Below are positions 16,608-23,593 of a stretch of 32,000 nucleotides of DNA, one piece after another. The notes below the pieces were generated by a model. The model was not told where the DNA came from and ran no database searches. It saw only the letters and a program-made list of their open reading frames with translations. The stretch's first letter is position 1; the number at the start of each line of letters is the position of its first letter. The translations under genes and the position numbers were made by a program. Source of the DNA: Candidatus Fokinia solitaria (GTDB taxonomy: Bacteria; Pseudomonadota; Alphaproteobacteria; Rickettsiales; Midichloriaceae). The stretch lies in the NCBI RefSeq assembly GCF_003072485.1, contig NZ_CP025989.1, forward strand, positions 240,001 through 272,000. The letters run 5' to 3'.

Positions 16608-17618
16608 TCATTTAATTGTTTTCTTATCATTATGTAGTGTCATGACGGTATCGAGGATATCATCTGTATCAGCATGTAAATATACGGATGTAGAGGCAAT
16701 TGAAGAGTGTCCAAGCAATTCTTGTATTTTTCGTATATCTCCTCCGTGCTTTATCAGATGTGTTGCGAAGCTATGTCTTAAGGTGTGAGGAGATGTTGTA
16801 GCTTCGATGCCGAGAGATGCTAATATAAGCTTCATTTGCCTTCTAAATACATCAGGGTTCAACATATCGCCTTTCATACCGACAAATATTGGTTGCTGCT
16901 GTGCCGCTTGATATGGACATCTCTCGATATATTGCAACAGTGCATCCAGCACATAAGGTAAAAGCGGTACACTTCTATCTTTTTTCCCTTTTCCCTTTAC
17001 CGTAAGGTTGACATCATTTCTATTGAAGTTTTGTTTAAGATCTTCCGCATTGAAGTCTATGTTTGGAAGATCACGCTTCGTAATCTTTAGTACTTCTCCT
17101 ATTCTTAAGCCGCTTCCATATAGCAAAGCGATGATGCTTTTATCTCTGTAAAATAGCCATTCTTCCGGATATAAATTACTGTTGGAAAATTTACATAATG
17201 CAATACTACTACTTTCAGATATTGCCTTTGGTAGAGTGCTTCCCGTTGTTTTGATTTTTAATTTATCAATACTTATAAGCGTCGCGACCTCATAGCTTAA
17301 CTCATTTCTCAAATGAAGCAAAAAATACCGTAATCCGCACAGTGCTCTGCTGTTTGTTTTGCTACTGACCTTATGTTCTGCTCTGAAAGCTAGCCATGCT
17401 CTCATAGTTTGCACAGTTGCTTCAGTGACATAAAGAAGAGTACATTTTGTGCCGTGATAATGAGATAAAAATACTATGAATGATGATACGTCTTGCGCGT
17501 ACGCTCTCGACGTATTCTCACTGACGTACACTTCGATGTATGAATAGAACTTCTCTATTACCTTTGCTAAAACGTCGTCGCAGAAGCTTTGTAATGACTG
17601 TAACTTCATAAAACGCAA
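16608..17618 (-). CDS. Tyrosine site-specific recombinase, XerC/XerD family
   Basis: An N-terminal SAM-like domain is followed by a catalytic domain with R (SGLRIGEV), HTLRHSFATHL, and LLGHSSIASTSVYLH (the R-H-R-Y set). 17616..17618 is TTG; the ATG at 17609 (MKLQS) is the more likely start. Confidence 0.9.
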   Translation of the reverse strand: MRFMKLQSLQSFCDDVLAKVIEKFYSYIEVYVSENTSRAYAQDVSSFIVFLSHYHGTKCTLLYVTEATVQTMRAWLAFRAEHKVSSKTNSRALCGLRYFLLHLRNELSYEVATLISIDKLKIKTTGSTLPKAISESSSIALCKFSNSNLYPEEWLFYRDKSIIALLYGSGLRIGEVLKITKRDLPNIDFNAEDLKQNFNRNDVNLTVKGKGKKDRSVPLLPYVLDALLQYIERCPYQAAQQQPIFVGMKGDMLNPDVFRRQMKLILASLGIEATTSPHTLRHSFATHLIKHGGDIRKIQELLGHSSIASTSVYLHADTDDILDTVMTLHNDKKTIK

Positions 17619-17623
17619 AAAGG

Positions 17624-17696
17624 TGGTCAGAGCCGGAATCGAACCGGCGACACAAGGATTTTCAGTCCTTTGCTCTACCGACTGAGCTATCTGACC
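17624..17696 (-). tRNA. tRNA-Phe (anticodon GAA)
   Basis: The reverse complement folds as a canonical 73-nt cloverleaf: GGTCAGA TA GCTC AGTCGGTA GAGC A AAGGA CTGAAAA TCCTT GTGTC GCCGG TTCGATT CCGGC TCTGACC A. The 3' CCA is not fully encoded (CCT). Confidence 0.92.
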
Positions 17697-17953
17697 TCAA
17701 AAATGGGCATACCATGTATCACTTGAGATGCTTTCTCTCGAATCTGACTCGTTGAGTGCTGAATGATACCCCACATATTAAGAAGTACATACGGTATTGC
17801 ATGCTGTCAATACGGATCTTCTCATTCATGATTTAAAGTGAAAGATTTTATCGCATAAGTGCCGCTTACCGAAAGGCTGTAGCACTACTTCGTTTATGAT
17901 TTATGTAAGTGATTGTATCGATTTGATAAACACGCTTGTAGTCCGAAAAATAC

Positions 17954-17983
17954 TTGCACAATTTTCGTAATAGTGCTTATATT
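17954..17983 (+). promoter_or_regulatory. Candidate sigma-70-type promoter for the ATPase-Toprim gene
   Basis: TTGCAC (17954..17959), an 18-nt spacer, then TATATT (17978..17983), about 40 nt upstream of the ATG at 18025. This is a pattern match only, in AT-rich DNA. Confidence 0.2.
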
Positions 17984-18018
17984 GTACGTAATTATTTCAA
18001 AATTATTTAATTTACAAG

Positions 18019-20613
18019 TTGTTTATGATGGACAATATGGATAATGGTACTTCAATGGAAGGAAAGGACCAAGTAAATGGCGTGAAGAGCGCGGAAGAGA
18101 AAGCGGCGGAAGCGGCTGAGGAAACGAAGGGGGCGAGCGTGGCGGAGAATCATGGCGTCGCTGAAGAAGAGAGCGGTGCGGATGAGTTGGCTGAGGAAGC
18201 GGAGGAAAGTGCGGAAGCAGTTGAGGAAGCGAAGGGGGCGAGCGTGACGGAGAGTCCTGGCGTCGCTGAAGAAGAGAGCGGTGCGGATGAGTTGGCTGAG
18301 GAAGCGGAGGGGGCGAGCGTGACGGAGAGTCCTGGCGTCGCTGAAGAAGAGAGCGGTGCGGATGAGTTGGCTGAGGAAGCGGAGGAAAGTGCGGAAGCGG
18401 CTGAGGAAGTGGAGGAAAGTGCGGAAGCGCAAGGAGAGGACGTTAAATCTGATTCATTTATAGTAAAAGCGGGGACTGGAATCTTTCAGAATGATGTAGA
18501 GCTAGTTATTAAAAGAAATAAGGAAAGCAAGAAAAGTGAGAAAAGCGGAAAAAAACATGGTGATTTAGTAGTGATTACGGGAGTCAATGGCGTGGGGAAA
18601 ACACAGTTTTTGAAAGGTATTAGTGAGGGAAAAAATGACTTTCTCCTCACATCTCGTAGTGGTAGTAGTAAAGCAAATGCTGAAGAGGGAGTACATAGAG
18701 TTAGTACAGTTAGAGGCGCAGTGGAGTGTATGAATTTTTTCTTTGATAAGGATTGGAAAAAGAAAAATAGCGCTTTCTCAAATGGGGTACATACTTTAGA
18801 ACGTAGTTTATTTAAGCGTACTTCTAGAGAATACAAAGAGAGAGTACATTGCATTTTATCGTATGTAATACCGCCATTGCTCTCGTTGCAAGATAATTTA
18901 CATGAGACAACTAATGCTGCTCAAGCTGCTGCTTTTAAAGAAGGATATAACTTAATTGCGAAAAAATTCGCTCTCCCTGCTTATGAGGATTTAGAACACT
19001 TTTTTAAAGGGAAGAATTTAGATGCATCTGCCGTTAATGTAATTTTAATGCAGTATTTTTGTACTCAATATATGCGAAATAGAGAGAACCTTCCACATCC
19101 GCAACGAGATGAATACTGGAAAATTTTCTCCAATCATGCGTACCATATTCATATGACGCACTCTCATTTAGTAGAGATTTTTAAAAAAGAAAAGAAACAA
19201 GATGGCGAATTTATAGAATGGGCGCAATTGGAAGAGTATATAGAAGAGCTTGTCATACGAGAAAATCTCAAAGAGAGGTTGTCAAGTATGCAGAGCATTG
19301 TCGATGTAATACAGTGTACTATGCGAGCAGGTGCGTTGTGTGAGATCAAGAAAAAGATTGATAATATCAAAGATTCTAAGCTTCAAAATGTCGCTTTTGA
19401 ATATAAATTGAGAGATGTTTCCGATTTATCTCATCCAGGAATAGAGTTTGACGATAAAAATAAGCAGTTGATAAAGTTTGAAGATCTGTCAAGTGGCGAG
19501 CAAGTCATGTTCGAACTGATATGTTATGCAGCTCTTTGTAAGATATTAAGTGTGAAGTATCTGCTATTTGATGAGTTTGATGCGAGTTTGAACCCTACAT
19601 TAATGGAGTCATATATCAAAAATATAAGAGATATATTATTAGAGAATGGCATCACTGTTGTGCTTACTACTCATAATCCTTCTACTGTGGCAGTAGTATA
19701 TCCATATGAATTATGGTGGATGGAGAGAAATTACAATACTGAAGATAAGAAATACGAAGTGACGTTGAAGAACGCTGAGAATGAAGAGGGAAGGAGGAAA
19801 GCTAAAAAGCAAAATAATAAGAGTCAAGATACATCGAAGAATGCTAATGATGAAATATTCGATAAGCGAGCAATTCTGCAAAAATTAGCGCCGAAATTTA
19901 TTCCAAGCGGCGATGCTGCGCATCTAATATACAACGCATTGCCTGGAGATAGAAAGATAGTATTTGTAGAAGGAAGAGCGGACGTACAGTACTTATATAA
20001 CAAGTCTTTAGTGCGCAAGTCTAATGAAAAGTATCATTTTAGCTATTTAAATGGCGCCGGCAACGTTAAAAATATTTGTGCGGTACTAACATCGTTAAAC
20101 AGCGGAGAACAAGCCATTTTCGAAAGACAGTTCATCTTTATGTTGGATCATGATGAAGCAGGCTTTGATAGTATGAAAGGATTATTGTCTAGTGAAGATA
20201 TAGAATTTAGCCAAATTATCCCTTCAGATACGAATGAAAATGAGGAAACAGATAGTGAAAAAGCAAAGTGGATAGAGCGTTGTAAGAAGAGAGAAGGAAT
20301 TTTAATACTTAAGAAATTTTTTTGCGTAACGACGTTAGTGCCGCCTGATAACTACAATTTTAAAGAGCATAGATATAGAGAATTGCACTACAAAAATTGT
20401 GGATCGAAAACTACAGAGAAAAATAGTCGTGGATACATCTTAGAAGATCTTATGAGGGAGGATATCAAGAATAAGGAAGAGGGGAGAGAAGGAGAAGCTA
20501 TAAAAAGGCAATTTGACTGGCTTGATAAAATCGTACAGAAGTACGAAGAAACTCATCCTAAGAGCGAGGACGATAAGGCGAATAATGTAGATGAAGCAAC
20601 TAAGGATAAGTAA
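18019..20613 (+). CDS. ABC-type ATPase fused to a Toprim/DUF4435-like nuclease domain (OLD-family / fused AriA-AriB-like), with an N-terminal acidic tandem-repeat region
   Basis: Walker A GVNGVGKT (18580..18603). A long helical insertion follows. ABC signature LSSGEQ (19486..19503). Walker B LLFDEFD (19561..19581). H-loop TTHNP (19666..19680). A Lys-rich linker follows. Toprim-like VFVEG (19960..19974), LNGAGNVKN, and DHD (20146..20154). 18019 is TTG; the ATGs at 18025/18028 are the more likely start. Confidence 0.75.
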   Translation: MFMMDNMDNGTSMEGKDQVNGVKSAEEKAAEAAEETKGASVAENHGVAEEESGADELAEEAEESAEAVEEAKGASVTESPGVAEEESGADELAEEAEGASVTESPGVAEEESGADELAEEAEESAEAAEEVEESAEAQGEDVKSDSFIVKAGTGIFQNDVELVIKRNKESKKSEKSGKKHGDLVVITGVNGVGKTQFLKGISEGKNDFLLTSRSGSSKANAEEGVHRVSTVRGAVECMNFFFDKDWKKKNSAFSNGVHTLERSLFKRTSREYKERVHCILSYVIPPLLSLQDNLHETTNAAQAAAFKEGYNLIAKKFALPAYEDLEHFFKGKNLDASAVNVILMQYFCTQYMRNRENLPHPQRDEYWKIFSNHAYHIHMTHSHLVEIFKKEKKQDGEFIEWAQLEEYIEELVIRENLKERLSSMQSIVDVIQCTMRAGALCEIKKKIDNIKDSKLQNVAFEYKLRDVSDLSHPGIEFDDKNKQLIKFEDLSSGEQVMFELICYAALCKILSVKYLLFDEFDASLNPTLMESYIKNIRDILLENGITVVLTTHNPSTVAVVYPYELWWMERNYNTEDKKYEVTLKNAENEEGRRKAKKQNNKSQDTSKNANDEIFDKRAILQKLAPKFIPSGDAAHLIYNALPGDRKIVFVEGRADVQYLYNKSLVRKSNEKYHFSYLNGAGNVKNICAVLTSLNSGEQAIFERQFIFMLDHDEAGFDSMKGLLSSEDIEFSQIIPSDTNENEETDSEKAKWIERCKKREGILILKKFFCVTTLVPPDNYNFKEHRYRELHYKNCGSKTTEKNSRGYILEDLMREDIKNKEEGREGEAIKRQFDWLDKIVQKYEETHPKSEDDKANNVDEATKDK
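18088..18429 (+). repeat. In-frame GC- and purine-rich tandem repeat encoding an acidic Glu/Ala-rich module
   Basis: A 75-nt core (GASV(A/T)E(NH/SP)GVAEEESGADELAEEAE) occurs at 18130..18204, 18235..18309 and 18310..18384. Copies 1 and 2 are each preceded by a related 30-nt E(S/K)AEA.EE.K linker. Copy 3 abuts copy 2 directly and is followed by ESAEAAEEVEESAEA. Confidence 0.93.
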
Positions 20614-20838
20614 GGTAATCAAGGATAAGTGATGTGACCGAGGGTGATGCTGCCAAAAGCTGATACTTAAGGCTTGCTTCAAGAAATGATGCGTCATCTC
20701 ACGTCAATCTTTACAAAGCATCGAGAGTCTCTATTTAACGGAGATTCGCGAGTGCTATATCTATGACAAAACATGCAATAAGCGCAAAGACTATCACAAC
20801 GAAGTAGAAAAGATGATACAGAGAGTGAGGGAGAGATA

Positions 20839-20912
20839 TGGAGCGGGTGATGGGAATCGAACCCACGCGGCTAGCTTGGAAGGCTAGAACTCTACCATTG
20901 AGCTACACCCGC
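20839..20912 (-). tRNA. tRNA-Gly (anticodon UCC)
   Basis: Reverse-complement cloverleaf: GCGGGTG TA GCTC AATGGTA GAGT T CTAGC CTTCCAA GCTAG CCGC GTGGG TTCGATT CCCAT CACCCGC T CCA (74 nt, CCA encoded). Confidence 0.92.
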
Positions 20913-21096
20913 AACGTACTTGTAACATATAAAATGAATGCTGAGACGTCAATATGAAAATCCCTAAGATTGTTAATGTTCGTTATTTTTGAAGGATGTA
21001 TTTACTTTTTCGAAGCATGCGACATGTATTGAAGGTTACGTAAAATTATGCTACATAGTGTCATACAAATTTCTTGATGTGAGTTTTTTTACGCCG

Positions 21097-21525
21097 ATGC
21101 AAAAGTATACCTTCTCTATCATAAAGCCAGATGCAGTGGCGAAGAAGAAAATAGGCGCAATAATAGCTGATATTGAGAATGCGGGATTTGCGATAGTTGC
21201 GCAAAGGATGATTCGTATGTCAAAAGATGATGCGCGCGAGTTTTATAAGATTCACTCAGCAAGACCATTTTTCGATTCACTGGTAGATTACATGTCTTCC
21301 GGTGCTGTAGTGGTGCAAGTTCTAAGCAAAGATGGAGATGATGTTGTCGCTGCTTATAGGAAGTTGATGGGTGCTACAAATCCTGCTGATGCGGAAGTCG
21401 GTACGTTGAGGAAGTCGTATGGTGCGAGTATAGAAGAGAATGCTGTACATGGTTCTGACTCGGAGGAAAATGCTAAGATCGAGATAGAGTTCTTCTTCAA
21501 GAGTGGTGATTTTTGCAATAAGTAA
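21097..21525 (+). CDS. ndk: Nucleoside diphosphate kinase
   Basis: MQKYTFSIIKPDAV..., RPFF..LV.YM.SG, GATNP and the active-site NAVHGSDS. The listed TTG at 20989 adds 36 non-conserved residues, so the ATG at 21097 is preferred. Confidence 0.93.
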   Translation: MQKYTFSIIKPDAVAKKKIGAIIADIENAGFAIVAQRMIRMSKDDAREFYKIHSARPFFDSLVDYMSSGAVVVQVLSKDGDDVVAAYRKLMGATNPADAEVGTLRKSYGASIEENAVHGSDSEENAKIEIEFFFKSGDFCNK

Positions 21526-21747
21526 TTAGAAAGTATTTTCGAAACTGGCGCTTTTTCATTAGTTTTGTGCGAAGATGAGTCGTATGTTACATGTAGGGAG
21601 TTACGAGGATAAATCTGTCTTAAAATTGCGTAGAAGATTCATTCTGAGATGTTTAAATGAAAGTTCGAGCGTTCTGTAACATATACTGAATCATCTGTAT
21701 CATGAGTGATTTTCCATCACTATAGCGCCATAGAATGCGTAATCTTT

Positions 21748-22368
21748 TCAAAGATTTATTTCTTTAAGATGCATCTTCTTTTTGAATAACTCTAATACTT
21801 TTATTATTTTTTCCTTGTATCTTTCTGAATAAATTGGAGTGAAAGAATGAAATTGTGAAGCGGCTTTTAGCCACTCTGAAGTATTTTTGTAATTCTTCGC
21901 AATAAGATATGAAGCGTAAGCTATATTATTTGCTGGTTCCATCATTTGCTCTATACTGTCGAAATTATGCCCGTGATATCTGTAATTTATTTGAGAACAT
22001 CCAACATCTATATTTGATATTCCTTCATTAATTTTGCTGTTGAAAAATTTCACCGCTTCGTTTTTAGTAGAAAATCTGTAAGATTCGCCGGCGATCCCTA
22101 TTGTCCAAGGCCATGCTAGCGCCATTCTTGCTTCTGAGTTGTATACGCCAGATTCTACTACCGTAACAGCTAGTAATAAGTTTTCAGATATATTGTATTT
22201 TTTCTCATAAAAAATTGCTGGAATGATGCATTTTCTATGCTCAAGTATATTGAACTTGACGTTAGAAGCACTGTAGCTATTCTTATGAAAACAGAAAGAG
22301 AGTATCAGTAGTGTAACGAAAATACTGCGCGCTTTCCATGTTTTCATAGGTGACAAAAAGGAAGCCAA
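21748..22368 (-). CDS. Lytic transglycosylase (SLT-domain) protein with signal peptide
   Basis: Signal-like N-terminus. The block LLLAVTVVESG ... WPWTIGIAGESYRFSTKNEAV ... IDVGCSQINYRYHG contains the catalytic ES and the WPWT...D.G.mQIN..H pattern of alphaproteobacterial SLT proteins. Confidence 0.8.
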   Translation of the reverse strand: MASFLSPMKTWKARSIFVTLLILSFCFHKNSYSASNVKFNILEHRKCIIPAIFYEKKYNISENLLLAVTVVESGVYNSEARMALAWPWTIGIAGESYRFSTKNEAVKFFNSKINEGISNIDVGCSQINYRYHGHNFDSIEQMMEPANNIAYASYLIAKNYKNTSEWLKAASQFHSFTPIYSERYKEKIIKVLELFKKKMHLKEINL

Positions 22369-22448
22369 TAATTAGATATTCTGACACACGTATTGCAAAA
22401 AGCAAGATATCTATGTATGCTTACGCTGAGTTGAACATACTTAATTAA

Positions 22449-22757
22449 GTGATCATGCACAGCATCTTAAATCTCCTTCATATTGCTCCATCTTTCTTTA
22501 TTCTTGGCTTACTCTCAGTGCTTTGTGTCCGCTTTTTATGGCGTAGGTACGTCAATAACGGATTGAACTATGAAGTTGAGGCTTTTTCTTTGACGAGTTC
22601 TTTAGTGCTTTCAGCTATTGGAATCATAGCGGGTAGCTTTGTGCATCATAGCCATGAGAGTAGCTTAAGTCTTCTAGATCCTTGTTTCGTATATGCTATT
22701 GCATCCGTTGTTGTTGCTGTTGCTTATCGCAAGGTATTGGCGAGAAAAAACGCATAA
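22449..22757 (+). CDS. Hypothetical small membrane protein (3 predicted TM segments)
   Basis: ORF of 102 aa with hydrophobic segments FFILGLLSVLCVRFLW, LVLSAIGIIAGSFV and FVYAIASVVVAVAY. I recognise no family. The listed start is GTG; there is an ATG at 22455. Confidence 0.4.
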   Translation: MIMHSILNLLHIAPSFFILGLLSVLCVRFLWRRYVNNGLNYEVEAFSLTSSLVLSAIGIIAGSFVHHSHESSLSLLDPCFVYAIASVVVAVAYRKVLARKNA

Positions 22758-23011
22758 TTTTCTTGGTATAAAAAAGGCAGTACTATAGCGCTTTGCGATA
22801 TATCATTCTTCAAGAGTGTCGCTATAGTCTGTCTTGAGTGCATGCAAATATAGTTCTCCGCTAAGAGATCTTCTACAAGGGTGCTGCATTTACATCTCTG
22901 CTTTTTTGCATCTCTGTTTATCGTAGCGCGCAACATCCGTTGCATTCGGTAGTTACTTCCTTGCTCTTCCAAGTGACTGTATTCCCGGTGCGTTCTCTTG
23001 GGATATCTCAT
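22724..23011 (-). CDS. Doubtful hypothetical ORF (95 aa, basic)
   Basis: An open frame only. It overlaps the 3' end of the 22449..22757 ORF, and its ATG abuts the 145-bp repeat array. No recognisable motif. Confidence 0.15.
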   Translation of the reverse strand: MRYPKRTHREYSHLEEQGSNYRMQRMLRATINRDAKKQRCKCSTLVEDLLAENYICMHSRQTIATLLKNDISQSAIVLPFLYQENYAFFLANTLR

Positions 23012-23014
23012 GGT

Positions 23015-23593
23015 GTGTTTGCCTGATATGACGTGAGTCTTTAAGGTGACATTAGATCAGTTCTTGAGTTTATTTTGTGCTATTAAGAAATATCAGCGAA
23101 TTTAATATTTTCTACGACTGATATCCGCTTATAGTGTGATTGCTGATTTCATGATAGAGCGTGTTGCCTGATATGACGCGAGTTTCTAAGGCAACATTAG
23201 ATCAGTTCTTGATTTTACTTTGTGCTATTAAGAAATATCAGCGAATTTAATATTTTCTACGACTGATATCCGCTTATAGTGTGATTGCTGATTTCATGAT
23301 AGAGCGTGTTGCCTGATATGACGCGAGTTTCTAAGGCAACATTAGATCAGTTCTTGATTTTACTTTGCGCTATTAGGAAATATCAGCGAATTTAATATTT
23401 TCTACGACCGATATCCGCTTATAGTGTGATTGCTGATTTCATGATAGAGCGTGTTGCCTGATATGACGTGAGTTCTTAAGGTAACATTAGATCAGTTCTT
23501 CAGTTTATTTTGCGCTATTAGGCAATATCAGCGAATTTAATATTTTCTACGGCTGATATCCGCTTATAGTGTGATTGCTGATTTCATGATAGA
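23015..23593. repeat. Noncoding tandem array, 4 x ~145 bp
   Basis: Copies lie at 23015..23160 (146 nt), 23161..23305, 23306..23450 and 23451..23593 (truncated). The unit length is not a multiple of 3, and stop codons occur in all frames I checked. Each unit has the inverted repeats gttgcct-N18-aggcaac and atatcag-N22-ctgatat. Confidence 0.95.

Noticed and set aside
16608-17618. Tyrosine recombinase as a prophage or ICE integrase marking a mobile element to its left
   Set aside because: The genes beyond it (rpoZ, lspA, atpH, nuoE, mlaD) are core housekeeping genes. No phage or conjugation genes are present, and no att-like duplication of the tRNA-Phe end is visible. The motif set fits XerC/XerD-type recombinases equally well.
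18052-18432. 126-aa arginine-rich ORF antisense to the acidic repeat region
   Set aside because: It is a mirror artefact. The sense strand is a purine-rich GAR/GCR repeat, which automatically leaves the complementary strand free of stop codons. The ORF is itself just the repeat read backwards and has no independent start context.
20989-21096. N-terminal 36-aa extension of ndk from a TTG start
   Set aside because: The extension has no counterpart in NDK proteins. The conserved NDK N-terminus (MQKYTFSIIKPD) begins at the ATG at 21097.
23015-23593. Possible CRISPR array
   Set aside because: The units are 145 bp and directly contiguous, with no unique spacers between short repeats. No cas genes are nearby. 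It is a plain tandem array.
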